Source: Hemiscyllium ocellatum
Lineage: Eukaryota
Assembly: GCF_020745735.1 (NCBI RefSeq)
Contig: NC_083422.1
Coordinates: 47,244,001-47,308,000, forward strand
Length of the DNA stretch: 64,000 nucleotides
Direction: 5' to 3'
Within the stretch, counting starts at the first letter, position 1, and every line of letters begins with the position of its first letter. Shown piece after piece: positions 25,748 through 37,672 of this stretch. Position numbers and translations under genes: made by a program. The notes beneath the pieces are model-generated. The model did not search any database. It was not told the DNA's origin and saw only the letters and a list, made by a program, of their open reading frames with translations.

Positions 25748-26164
25748 GTCTGTAAATGTTCGAACAACGTCAGACAGTTGCAGTAATATTTTGTGGAGGT
25801 GTCTGGGACAGATGGAATGAATGTCAGGGGTTAGAGTCACAGGATAAGCACAGCACAGTAAACATCAGAGGTTTGAACCAGTGGCAAGAGATTGAGTTTT
25901 GACCATCACCACGTGACGGGATATGAACAGAAGCCCCAGAAGAGGGGCGCAGTTCTCAGTGAGGGTCATGTTTAAATTCCACTCTCGTGTCAGAGAACTG
26001 AAAGATGAGAAGACAAAGTAATGAGCACAGACTCACCATCTTCCCCTGTTGTGACACTGAGACTCAGACAGAAGCCAGAAACCACCAACTTCCATCACAA
26101 AGTACCATGGAATCCTTTCCAGCCACTTGAAGCAATTCATCATCTTCTCTGAAAAATAGCATCT

Positions 26165-28446
26165 CTGACAGCACAGCACTCCCGCAGCACTGACCCTCTG
26201 ACAGTGCAGCTCTCCCTCAGCACTGCCACTCCGACAGTGCAGCACTCCCTCAGTACTGACCCTCCGACAGTGCAGCACTCCCTCAGTACTGACTCTCTGA
26301 CAGTGCAGCACTCCCTCAATACTGACCCTCCGACAGTGCAGCACTCCCTCAGTATTGACCCTCTGACAGTGCGGCTCTCCCTCAGCACTGCCACTCTGAC
26401 AGTGCGGCACTCCCTCAGTACTGACCCTCCGACAGTGCGGCACTCCCTCAGTACTGACCCTCCGACAGTGCAGCACTCCCTCAGTACTGACCCTCCGACA
26501 GTGCAACACTCCCTCAATACTGACCCTCCGACAGTGCGGCACTCCTTCAGTACTGACCCTCCGACAGTGCAACACTCCCTCAATACTGACCCTCCAACAG
26601 TGCAGCACTCCCTCAGTACTGACCCTCCGACAGTGCAGCTCTCCCTCAGTACTGACCCTCCGACAGTGCGGCACTCCCTCAGTATTGACCCTCCGACAGT
26701 GCAGCACTCCCTCAGTACTGACTCTCTGACAGTGTGGCACTCCCTCAGTACTGACCCTCCGACAGTGCAGCACTCCCTCAGTACTGACCTTCCAACAGTG
26801 CAACACTCCCTCAGTACTGACACTCCAATAGTGCGGCACTCCTTCAGTACTAACCCTCCGACAGTTCGACACTCCCTCAGTACTGACCGTCTGACAGTAC
26901 AGCTCTCCCTCAGTACTGACCCTCCGACAGTGCAGCACTTCCTCAGTACTGACACTCTGACAGTGCAGCACTTCCTCAGTACTGACACTCTGACAGTGTG
27001 GCTCTGCCTCAGTACTGACCCTCCAATTGTGCAGCACTCCCTCAGTACTGACACTCCGATGGAGCGGCACTCCCTCAGTACTGACCCTCTGGCAGTGCGA
27101 CACTCCCTCAGTACTGACCCTCTGGCAGTGCGACACTCCCTCAGTACTGACCCTCTGGCAGTGCAGCACTCCCTCAGTACTGACCCTCCGACAGTGCAGC
27201 ACTCCCTCAGTACTGACCCTCCGACAGTGCAGCTCTCCCTCAGTACTGACCCTCCGACAGTGCGGCACTCCCTCAGTACTGACCCTCCGACAGTGCAGCA
27301 CTCCCTCAGTACTGACCTTCCAACAGTGCAACACTCCCTCAGTACTGACCCTCTGACAGTGCAGCACTCCCTCAGTACTGACACTCCAATAGTGCGGCAC
27401 TCCTTCAGTACTAACCCTCCGACAGTTCGACACTCCCTCAGTACTGACCGTCTGACAGTACAGCTCTCCCTCAGTACTGACCCTCTGACAGTCCGGCATT
27501 CCCTCAGTACTGATCCTCTGACAGTGCAGAACTCTCTCAGTACTGACCCTCTGACAGTGCAGCACTGCCTCAGTACTGACCCTCTGACAGTGTAGCACTT
27601 GTTACGAACTAGATCAGACCACTCAAAACATTCTTAAGCTGGCAGCCCAGACCATAACTTTGCTACTTATTTTGGAAAATGTACAGTGAAAATTACCCGA
27701 AGTAAGTTAGCTAGGCTGACTAACAGTTTTAAAACAGACAAAATTTTATTCACAAATTTATGTAATGAAACACATAGAACAGAATATAGAATACCCTCCG
27801 AACTCAGTCTATCCAAACTAAACTTAATTGTACTGCTCCGAAAATATACAACAGTCCAAATAAGCAAACCCCTTAAGCACAGAGTAAAAATGAAACAGAG
27901 GCTTACAGATTGAGATTAGAAGGGCAGAGGAGAGCGAGATGTTCCAGTCCCAACTGACTGATTCCAGCAGCTTTTCTCACACACCACTGACCAAAACCAA
28001 GAATTCAGTGTTCAGCACTGACCACTCCACTTACATTATACAGGTTACTTGTAAAACACAGATGTTTTGGCCTAAAGTTTCATCTGTTTACGCAAAACCG
28101 AAAAGGCCTTCCAAAAGCCTTTTCACTTCTGTACCACTTCAGCTGTTTCGGAGCATTGGCTGTTATACAACCCCTCTGAAAAAAATCAAGGACACAGTAT
28201 CCTTGAGAAAATGAACAGCTTTTTAAAACAAAGACCAGTTTTCTGTCACACTCCCTCAGTACTGACCCTCAGACAGTGCAGCACTCCCTCAGTACTGACC
28301 CTCAGACAGTGCAGCACTCCCTCAGTACTGACCCTCCGACAGTGCAGCACTCCCTCAGTACTGACCCTCCGACAGTGCAGCACTCCCTCAGTACTGACCC
28401 TCCGACAGTGCAGCACTCCCTCAGTACTGACCCTCCGACAGTGCGG
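26165..28446. repeat. 33-bp satellite, interrupted at 27600-28248
   Basis: Unit CAGTGCAGCACTCCCTCAGTACTGACCCTCCGA. Confidence 0.98.
27600..28248 (-). mobile_element. Solo-LTR-like insertion in the 33-bp satellite
   Basis: TG...CA ends, 4-bp TSD CACT (27596-27599 / 28249-28252) and AATAAA on the minus strand near 27745. Confidence 0.65.
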
Positions 28447-28605
28447 CAATGCTTCACGCCATTGAAATGTCAGTGAAATACCATGTCTGTGACATGCTCC
28501 CAGCCTCTCAATGGAACACACTGATCTTGTCTTCCAGAATGTCTCAGGACTGTGTGCTATTTTCTCTGCAGAGAGTGTAAGGGAGATTGTTTCTGTTTGG
28601 TGCAG

Positions 28606-28744
28606 GCCTGTGACCAAGGTGATTATTTCCCAATCTGGGGAACATGTATGGGGCAGCAGCAGCTGACCGTTTTGACAGCTGGAGAGGATCTCCTAGTCCG
28701 GACTGACAGCTCCAACGTGGCATTAACTCTGGAGTTTACTGAGG
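28606..28744 (+). CDS. GGH-like coding exon 6 (ACDQGDYFPIWGTCMGQQQL...LEFTE), contains catalytic Cys
   Basis: GDYFPIWGTC nucleophile elbow, Cys codon at 28645-28647. Donor G|GTAAGC, 139 nt. Confidence 0.97.
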
Positions 28745-29019
28745 GTAAGCCCACTGCCTGTGTTACTGAGTCGGAGTAAAGCAGCCACTCTGTGTTGGTG
28801 GTCCCATGCTGACTGGAGGCTGGATGAAAGAAGGGCTTGGATGTGAATTCCAACTGGATTTACAACCCTCCACCTGCACACTCTGCTCCTCCCCCAGTGT
28901 GTCCTGAGTCAGAAAGACGGGTGTTGATCTGTAATTCAATTGACCTCAGGACTACTTCAGAATACGGAGGCTATTAGTTACTCTAATTTGTCCTTTCACA
29001 ATGCCAACCCTCCTATTTC

Positions 29020-29395
29020 ACCATCACACCATCCACTTGTCCCCCTCCCACACCATCACACCATCCACTCATTCCCCTGCCTCACCATCACACCATCCAC
29101 TTGTCCCCCTCCCACACCATCACACCATCCACTCATCACCCTCCCTTACCATCACACCATCCACCCTTCCTCCTGCCTTACCATCACACCATCCACTTGT
29201 CCTCCTGCCTTACCATCACACCATCCACCCTTCCTCCTGCCTTACCATCACACCATCCACTTGTCCTCCTGCCTTACCATCACACCATCCACCCTTCCTC
29301 CTGCCTTACCATCACACCATCCACTCGTCCTCCTGCCTTACCATCACACCATCCACTCGTCCTTCTTCCTCCTGCCTCACCATCACACCATCCAA
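29020..29395. repeat. ~32-bp minisatellite
   Basis: Unit CCATCACACCATCCACTTGTCCTCCTGCCTTA. Confidence 0.93.
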
Positions 29396-29508
29396 GCCCC
29401 GTTGTGAGTTGGGAAGATTTCATGAGCACTTTGCCACTGTCCTCATTGTGCTCTGATCCAAATGCACAGTCTGATCCCAGACGATACCCATAAATATTTA
29501 CTTTTCAG

Positions 29509-29615
29509 AAGGAAAATCCAGTCGAATGTTTAAAGGGTTTCCCTCCGAGCTGATGGAAGTTTTATCAAAGAAACCACTGACTGGAAATTTCCACAAGTTC
29601 AGCATCACAGAGCAG
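29509..29615 (+). CDS. GGH-like coding exon 7 (GKSSRMFKGFPSELMEVLSKKPLTGNFHKFSITEQ)
   Basis: Acceptor cttttcAG, donor CAG|GTGAGG. Aligns to human SRMFQNFPTELL...PLTANFHKWS, 107 nt. Confidence 0.96.
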
Positions 29616-30309
29616 GTGAGGGAGAGGGTCTACAGATCTTTCAGGGTATTGGGGGGAGGTGTCATTGGGGACATTGGGGGGTGGAGAGGGTCATGTGGAG
29701 AATGGGAAGGGGATGAAAGGGGTGAAGATATGTAGGGGTCGGGGAGTGAGGGGGATGGAGGGGGTATGGAGGTCGGGGAGAAGGGAATGAAAGGGGATGA
29801 AGGGGATAAGAGGGGGAGACGATGTGGAGTTCAGTGATACGGGATGGAGATGGCGATGCGGGAGGTGGAAAGCAGGACGTGGGGAATGCGTGAGGGGAGT
29901 ATGGGATTGGGGTGGAGGGAGACGTGGGGAATGGGGGGGGATGGAAAAAGGCAATGTTGTCAAATTTATGGTTCACTCCATACCTTCCTCATGGTATCAC
30001 ATTTCTATCCTTTCAGTCATATGGTTGTATCATGAAAGTATTGCATTTATATATCGCCTGTCTGTGGAGTTTGCACATTCTCCCCGTGTCAGTGTAGATT
30101 TCCTGTGGGTACTCCGGTTTCCTCCCACAGTCCAAAGATGTACAGATTAGGAGAATTGTTCATGCTAAATTGTCCAGAATGTTAGGTGCATTAGTCAGAA
30201 ATAAGTATAGGGTAGGGGAACGGGTCGGGGTGGGTTACTCTTCAGAGGATCAGTGGGGATTGTTGGGCCGAAGGGCCTGTTTCCACACTGTAGGGATTTT
30301 AATTCTGAT

Positions 30310-30600
30310 GTAACCTCAGGGCATTTCAAAGCTTCAGGACCAATGAGGTACCTTTCGAAAGAGGGTTACTATTGCACAACAGGAAATTGGCAGACATTCA
30401 GTGCACAGTAAGATCCCAGGATCTGTGATAAGAAGAACAGAATCTGTTTTGCTGATCTTGGTTGAGAGATGACTATTGGACAGGACATCAGGGCCAACAC
30501 TCCCTGTTATTCTTCAAAATACTGCAAGTGGGACGTCTTACATTAAACTGAGAGAGGCCATATGTAAAATCCCAAGCAAAGGACAGTACACCCCATGGTG
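30310..30600 (-). mobile_element. DeuSINE (SacSINE1-like) remnant; others at ~8075-8230, ~26095-26190 and ~38515-38620
   Basis: Resembles the recalled Deu domain (gcacagcaagatcccaca...ctgttttt..tgttg..tgaggga...ccaggaca). Confidence 0.6.
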
Positions 30601-31225
30601 CAGCACTCCCTCAGTGCTGACTCTTTAACAGTGCAACACTCCCTCAATACTGACCCACTGACAGTGAGGCGATCGTTCAGTACTGACCCTCTGACAATGC
30701 GAAACTCCCTCACAATAGACCCTCCAACAGTGCGGCATTCCCTCAGTATTGACCCTCCAAACGTGTGGTGCTCCCTCAGTTCTGACCCTCCGACAGTGCA
30801 GCGCTCCCTCAGCACTGACCCTCTGGCAGTGCAGCGCTCCCTCAGCACTGACCCGCTGAAAGTGCAGCACTCCGTCAGTACTGACCCCCTGACTGTGCAG
30901 CACTCCCTCAGTACTGACCCTCCGACAGTGCAGTGCTCCCTCAGTACTGACCCTCTGACAGTGCAGCACTTCCTCGGTACTGACTCCCTGACAGTGTAGC
31001 ACTCCCTCAGTACTGACCCTCCGACAGTGCAGCGCTCCCTCAGTACTGACCCTCTGACAGTGCAGTGCTCCCTCAGTACTGACCCTCTGACAGTGCAGCA
31101 CTCCCTCGGTACTGACCCTCCGACAGTTCAGCACTCCCTCGGTACTGACCCTCCAACAGTGCAGCACTCCCTCAGTACTGACCCTCTGACAGTGCGGCAC
31201 TCCCTCAGTACTGACCCTCTGACAG

Positions 31226-32464
31226 GGTGGTACACCCTCAGTTTAGGGTGTAGGTTTGCTCACTGAGCTGTAGGTTTGATATCCAGACGTTTCATTACCT
31301 GGCTAGGTAACATCATCAATGGTGACCTCCAAGTGAAGAGAAGCTATTGTCTCCTGCTTTCTATTTATATCTTTCTCCTGGATGGGGTTCCTGGGGTATG
31401 TGGTGATGTCATTTCCTGTTCGTTTTCTGAGGGGTTGATAGATGGCATCTAGATCTATGTGTTTGTTTATAGCGTTGTGGTTGGAGTGCCAGGTCTCTAG
31501 GAACTCTCTGGCATGTCTTTGCTTAGCCTGTCCCGGGATAGATGTGTTGTCCCAGTTGAAATGGTGGTATTTTTCATCCATGTGTAGGGCTATGAGGGAG
31601 AGATGGTTGTGTCTTTTTGTGGCTAGCTGGTGTTCATGTATCCTGGTGGCTAACTTTCTTCCTGTTTGTCCTACGTAGTGTTTGTGGCAGTCCTTGCATG
31701 GAATGTTGTAGATGATGTTGGTTTTATCCATGGGTTGTACTGGGTCTTTTAAGTTTGTTAGTTTTTGTTTGAGAGTGCTGGTGGGTTTGTGTGCTACTAG
31801 GATTCCGAAGGGTCTTAGTAGTCTGGATGTCATTTCTGAAACTTCTTTGATGTATGGTAAGGTGGTTAGGGTTTCTGGCTGTGTTTGGTCTGCTTGTCAT
31901 GGTTTGTTCTTGAGGAATCTGCGCACTGTATTTTTTGAGTATCCGTTCTTCTTGAATACGTCATATAGGTGGTTCTCCTCTGTTTTCCGAAACTCGTCTG
32001 TGCTGCAGTGTGTGATGGTTCGTTGGAATAGTGTTCTGATACAGCTTTATTTGTGTGTGTTGGGATGGTTGCTGGTGTAGTTAAATATTTGGTCAGTGTT
32101 TGTCGGTTTTCTGTATACGCAGGTTTGTAATTCTCCGTTGACCTTTCTTTCGACTGTGACATCCAGGAATGCGAGTTTGTTGTTGGTTTCTTCCTCCTTG
32201 GTGAACTTTATGCCTGTGAGGGTGTTGTTGATGATGTTAAATGTCTCTTCTATCTTGTTTTGTTTTGTGATGATAAAGGTGTCATCTACGTAGCGGATCC
32301 AGATATTTGGTTTGATGGTTGGTAGGGCTGTTTGTTCAGCACAGATAAACTTCAGAAAACAGAGGTGAACCACCTATACAACGTATTCAAGAAGAATGGA
32401 TACTCAAAAAATACAGTGCGCAGATTCCTCAAGAACAAACCACGACAAGCAGACCAAACACAGC
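31226..32464 (-). mobile_element. Penelope-like element, Poseidon-type: RT C-terminus + GIY-YIG, inserted in the 33-bp satellite
   Basis: WIRYVDDTF, FLDVTV and NIIYNIPCKDCHKHYVGQTGRKL. Segment ~32337-32464 is an inverted duplicate of ~31878-32005. Confidence 0.9.
31283..31322 (-). ncRNA. Minimal hammerhead ribozyme motif (C3U variant)
   Basis: Minus strand reads CCA-UUGAUGA-U-GUUACCU-AGCC-AGGUAAU-GAAA-CGUC-UGG. Confidence 0.6.
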
Positions 32465-33240
32465 ACTCTGACAGTGCAGCACTCCCTCAGTACTGACCCT
32501 CTGACAGTGCAACACTCCCTCAGTACTGACCCTCTGACAGTGCAGCAGTGCTTCAGTACTGACCCTCTGACAGTACAGCACTCCCTCAGTACTGACCCTC
32601 TGACGGTGCAGCAGTCCCTCAGTACTGACCCTCTGACAGTGCGGCGCTCCCTCAGTACTGACCCTCTGACAGTGAGGCACTCCCTCAGTACTGACCCTCT
32701 GACAGGGCAGCACTCCCTCAGTACTGACCCTCTGTCAGTACAGCACTCCCTCAGTACTGACCCTCTGACAGTGCGGCGCTCTCTCAGTACTGATCCTCCA
32801 ACAAAAAGTCACAACATGATTAGATTAGATTAGATTACTTACAGTGTGGAAACAGGCCCTTCGGCCCAACAAGTCCACACCGACCCGCCAAATCGCAACC
32901 CACCCATACCCCTACATTTACCCCTTACCTAACACTACGGGCAATTTAGCATGGCCAATTCATCTGATGTCCAACGTGAGTGTGGAATGAATTGGCGATT
33001 GGGAGAGGATGAAATTTAATCAACTGGGAGAGTAAGAGTGAGGATGAAGGAGAAAGAGGGCTGAACGAGTAGTGAGGTGAGGGCGATTACAGCAAAGTGG
33101 GAAGATGGTGAGTTAGAGGGTGTGACAATGTGAAGGGGGAACCAAGGATCAGCTTTTTGCCGAGGTTAGTTGAGGTCCTGTGGTGATATGGCATCTGGGT
33201 TTACTCTGAAAATTGCCTTAATTTCACTTTTTCTCTTCAG

Positions 33241-33334
33241 GCCTTTGTGTCCAATGAGAAATTGCTGTCGTTCTACAGACTCATCTCCACCAGCAGAGAC
33301 CGCCAGGGAGTCTCGTTTGTCTCCACAATGGAAG
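33241..33334 (+). CDS. GGH-like coding exon 8 (AFVSNEKLLSFYRLISTSRDRQGVSFVSTME)
   Basis: Strong polypyrimidine acceptor and GAAG|GT donor. NEKL and F.STME motifs of GGH. Confidence 0.95.
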
Positions 33335-33376
33335 GTGCGAGAGAGAGCAGGAGCCCTGCTCAAGGAGTATCTTGAG

Positions 33377-33695
33377 CCCAGTGTCAGTCTCCCCACCAAT
33401 GTCAGTCTCCCCCAGTGTCAGTCTCCCCCCCCACCCCCAGTGTCGGTCTGCCCCCCCCAGTGTCAGTCTCCCCCCCAGTGTCAGTCTCCCCCCCCTGTCA
33501 GCACCCCCCCAGTGTTAGTCTCCCCCCAGTGTCAGTCTCCCCCCAGTGTCAGTCTCCCCCCCCTGTCAGCACCCCCCCAGTGTCAGTCTCCCCCCAGTGT
33601 CAGTCTCCCCCCAGTGTCAGTCTCCCCCCAGTGTCAGTCTCCCCCCAGTGTCAGTCTCCCCCAGTGTCAGTCTCCCCCAGTGTCAGTCTCTCTCA
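33377..33695. repeat. ~17-19-bp C-rich minisatellite filling most of GGH-like intron 8
   Basis: Unit CAGTGTCAGTCTC(C)n. Confidence 0.95.
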
Positions 33696-33753
33696 GTAGT
33701 TAAGTTGCTCTTGCTGGGTTCTAACTGAGCTCCATTACCTCCTGATCTTGCAG

Positions 33754-33891
33754 CATTTGCGTATCCATTCTATGGCACTCAGTGGCATCCTGAAGCAAAC
33801 CGCTTCCTGTGGAAGGAGAGTTTGGCAGCTCCTCACTGTTCCTACGCAGTCAGGATATCCTACCTCTTGGCTGAATTCTTCGTTAATGAAG
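33754..33891 (+). CDS. GGH-like coding exon 9 (FAYPFYGTQWHPEANRF...YLLAEFFVNE), contains catalytic His/Glu
   Basis: QWHPE motif and AEFFVNE, 138 nt, donor G|GTAATT. Confidence 0.97.
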
Positions 33892-34554
33892 GTAATTCTG
33901 CAGCAAACTCAGCTGCTTCCATTTTAACCAGGGCACGGATTATCCAGAGCTCTCGACACAATGAGTCTATTCACTGCAGCTTCCACCCAGCTCCCATCCC
34001 TTTGTCAGTCTGTGTTTTATAGACTCAAATGAGGTCATTTGGCCCATCATGTCCAACTACACTAATCCCATTTTCCAGATTTTGGCCTATAGCCCTGGAA
34101 GCTATGGCAACACAAGTGAATATCTGACAAAAATACTGCTTAAATGTAATGAGAGTTTTTGACATAAATATCCTTTCAGAAACCAAATTCCTAATACCCA
34201 CCATCCTCTGAGTAAAAATCCTTATGATTATCTCTCTTCCTAGCCTTCTCCGTCTTCACTTAAATCTGATTATTGACTCATCTACTCATAGATGAAATGC
34301 CTTCCTATCCCACCCTATCGATGTCCTGCATAAATTCAGGCATCTCTGACAGGTCTTCTCTCAACCTCTACTGGTCCAGAAACAACCCCAGCCAATGCCA
34401 CCGTCCCGGATAACACAGACCCTCAGATCCTTACAGCATCCTCCTCAATCTACACTGCACCCTCTCAAGTTTGTTCACGTCCTTCAGAACTCCACACAGT
34501 GCTCCTGTTATGACCTAACTAGTGTTCAAAATCCCTGCTCTTTCACTCTGTGTA

Positions 34555-34720
34555 AAAACTGAAAGAACTGCGGGTGCTGGAAATTGGAAACAAAAACAGA
34601 AACTTGCTGGAAAAGTGTTCTGAGGCAGGATCAACCAGACCTGAAACACTAACACCAATTTCTCTCCACAGATGCTGCCAGACATGCTGAGTATTTCCTG
34701 CAATTTCTGTTTATGTTTCT
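34555..34720. mobile_element. Older PLE-terminus family remnant; related copies near 3294-3397, 40975-41070 and 51955-52050
   Basis: Shared tail tctctccacagatgctgccagacctgctgagtttctccag with a decayed CTGA..GAAAC core. Confidence 0.6.
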
Positions 34721-34789
34721 TGTATTCTGTACCTTGTCTAATAAAGGCAAACATCCTTTATTTGCCTTCTTAACCTCTTTAACCACTTG

Positions 34790-34931
34790 NNNNNNNNNNN
34801 NNNNNNNNNNNNNNNNNNNNNNNNNNNNNNNNNNNNNNNNNNNNNNNNNNNNNNNNNNNNNNNNNNNNNNNNNNNNNNNNNNNNNNNNNNNNNNNNNNNN
34901 NNNNNNNNNNNNNNNNNNNNNNNNNNNNNNN
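34790..34931. other. Assembly gap (142 N)
   Basis: Run of N in GGH-like intron 9. Confidence 1.
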
Positions 34932-35669
34932 TTCCCAGGAACCTACCATTACCTTTCAGTCGATTGTCAATCCAATGTGCCATTGTGCTTTGGTTCCCGT
35001 GAGCTCTTTCTTTCTTGACAGAATTAAAAACCGATTAAAAATGAAGTTGTAAATAGAAGATTAGCAGCTGTCAATGGGGAAAAGGCCACTGAGTTGGAGT
35101 GAGATCTGTCCAGGATTAGTGAAGGAAGTGAGAGTAAAAACATCCGAAGCTCTGGCAATATTGCTGAATCTTCCTTAGAGTGGAGGTGGCACCGAGGATT
35201 GGAGAAGGAGAGCTCCTGTTCAAAAAGTCGAATAAGGATTCAATCAGCAACATTCAGTTCTGGTCTCCTTCCTATCAGAAGGATGTTGTGAAACTTGAAA
35301 TGGTTCAAAAAAGATTTACAAGGATGTTGCCAGGGTTGGAGGATTTGAGCTACAGGGAGAGGCTGAACAGGCTGGGGCTGTTTTCCCTGAAACGTCGGAG
35401 GCTGAGGGGTGACCTTATAGAGGTTTATAAAATCATGAGGGAGATCGATAGGGTAAATCGACAAAGCATCTTCGCTGAGGTGGGGTGACTCCAGAACTAG
35501 AGGGCATAGATTTAAGGTGAGAGGGGAAAGATATAAAAGGGACAAAGAGGAAACTTTTCATACAGAGGGTGGTGCGTGTATGGAATGAGCTGCCAGAGGC
35601 TGGTACAATTCCAGCTTTTAAAAGGCATTTGGATGGGTGCATGAATAGGACAGGTTTAGATAGATATGT

Positions 35670-35788
35670 TCAAGGTTTGTGCGAAGATTTGTAGCTCGGG
35701 TGCTCGTTGTTGTGGTTCTGTGTGCCGAGCTGGAAGTTTTTGTTGCAAACGTTTCGTCCCCTGGCTAGGAGACATCATCAGTGCTCTG
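35670..35788 (-). mobile_element. Solo Poseidon-type terminal (pLTR) fragment inside a CR1 3' end
   Basis: Highly similar to 14250-14360. Confidence 0.8.
35745..35784 (-). ncRNA. Minimal type I hammerhead ribozyme motif with intact core
   Basis: Minus strand reads GCA-CUGAUGA-U-GUCUCCU-AGCC-AGGGGAC-GAAA-CGUU-UGC: 3-bp stem I, 7-bp stem II and palindromic ACGU in place of stem III. Confidence 0.7.
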
Positions 35789-36459
35789 GATATGGGCCAC
35801 ATTCTGGCAAAAGGAAGGAGGTTAATTTAGAATATCTGCTCAGCATGGATAAGTTGGATCGAAGTGTCTGTTTCTCTGTGACTCTACAGACTAGTCAGCC
35901 TCATGCGAGGGAAGCTGACATAGGCAACAATTCAAGGCATTTTAAGAAATATAGTTTCATAAATGAGACATGCTGAAAACAAATCATAGTTGATTTAAAG
36001 GAGTTCTCTTCTGATCTAAGGGAGGGACTGTTGGATTTTGGGTATCGGCACTTTTAAATGTTATTTGACAAAATTTCAACATAGTTGACTTGTCAGCAAA
36101 GTTAAAATCCATGTTATTAAATGGACAGTGACCACGCACATACAGAATGGACAAAACACAAGCGATATAATACAGGAATGTGCAATTGTTCTTCATTATG
36201 GGAGGAGTGTTCACTGGGAATCAGGAATAGAACAGCTGATCTTTCTGACATATATTAATAACATACTTGTCTTTAATAAACTTACACAGAAGTTCAGAAA
36301 TACAATAAGCAATGGAACATTGAACAATAGACTTCAAACTTAAAAAAATGATTTCAGAAAGGGTCCGGTGACAAGAGGTTTAGAAATCAAAAGGCAATAG
36401 AGGGGTGTAGATAAAGATCAGGAAGGACAGGGAGGTTAAGAGGAATAGTGCATCACCAA

Positions 36460-37530
36460 TGCCAAGAACAATTGTAAACCAATAAGATCGTGGTACAAGT
36501 TGAGATAAATGGTTTAGATGCAATTACCATTGCAGAGACATGGTTGCAAAGTGACCAAGGTTGAGAAATAAATATTCATGCATACATAATATTTCAAAAG
36601 GACAGATAGAATGGTAAAGGAGGTGGCAAAGTATCTCTGATAGTAAAGGATGATGGAAGGATCTGAACAAGGAAGAATCTTGGCTAAAACGATCAGGAAG
36701 TAGAATCAGTATTGGTGGCAATTAGGAATAACAAGCATCAGAAAACATTGATGTAGGTGCACTGTGGACAGAGCACTAAAAAAGAAATAATTGGGGCTTG
36801 TAGGAAAGGCAATGGAAGAGTTGCAGGGGGGCCTTCAATCTTCATGTAGAGTGGATCAAACAAATTGGGAATAGCTGTTGCAGAGATGTCATTTTGGAAT
36901 GTCTTAATGTGGGTTCCTTTGAGAAAGAGAAGAAGAAATGATCATATGGAATGAGAGGATGGCAGAGACATTGAATATGTTCCTGTGTGCCTTCATGGGA
37001 AAAGACACAGATTACACATCAGAAATAGAGGGTCAGTTAGGGACCAGAAGGAGTGAGGAAATTCAGGTGATTATTATTAGCAGAGAAAATGAACTGGATA
37101 AACATAGGAGACTAAAATTCAATGAATCCTCTTCACCAATGCCCCATGGCTTACAGTTCTAAAAGAGATAATTACAATGATAGTGGATTTACTGGCTATG
37201 ATTTTCCAAAATTCCTTTGTTTCTGAAAATGCCCCCGAGTGGATTCAAAATTAGCAAATGTAACACTGCTTTATAAAAAAGGACACAGAAAGAGAACAGG
37301 GAACCAAGGAATGGTTAGCCTCACATCAGTCATCAGGCAGGCATCAGAATCTATGATTAAGGACATTTTAATAAAATTGTTGTCTGACCAGTTAGAGACA
37401 ACATAGCTGTAAAAAAAAAAGAAAGTCCAGTTGAGAAATGTGTTGGGCTGTTTGAGCATGTAGCCAGTCAGATCGATAAAAGAGGTAGTCAATCTAGGTT
37501 AAGTGAATGGGCAATGAGGTGGCAGATGGA
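36460..37530 (+). mobile_element. Old fragmented CR1 ORF2 (endonuclease to early RT)
   Basis: Decayed ETWL, DR..GKGGG and NVT.L.KKG motifs. Confidence 0.65.
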
Positions 37531-37545
37531 TAATTTGATTTGATT

Positions 37546-37672
37546 TAGAAAGTAAGGACTGCAGATGCTGGCGATCAGAGTCGAGAGTGTGGTGCTGGAA
37601 AAGCACAGCCAGTCACGCTGCATCCGAGGAGCAGGAGAATCGATGTTTCGGGCATAAGCCCTTCTTCAGGAA
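37546..37672 (-). mobile_element. Solo PLE-terminus element with hammerhead motif
   Basis: Minus strand reads CTGAAGAAGGGCTTATGCCCGAAACATC at 37642-37669. Confidence 0.75.

Larger units (their letters stand above)
30597..32802. repeat. 33-bp satellite, interrupted by a Penelope-like element at 31226-32464
   Basis: Same unit as 26165-28446. Confidence 0.97.

Noticed and set aside
26033-27598. ORFs of 414-521 aa with 11-aa periodicity (also near 30.6, 32.4 and 51.1 kb)
   Set aside because: Artefact of a 33-bp unit lacking stops; open on both strands.
26165-28446. CRISPR-like appearance (33-bp partly palindromic repeats)
   Set aside because: Units are head-to-tail with no unique spacers, there are no cas genes, and the context is eukaryotic.
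34713-35018. ORFs containing X runs (also 48934-49270)
   Set aside because: They span assembly gaps.
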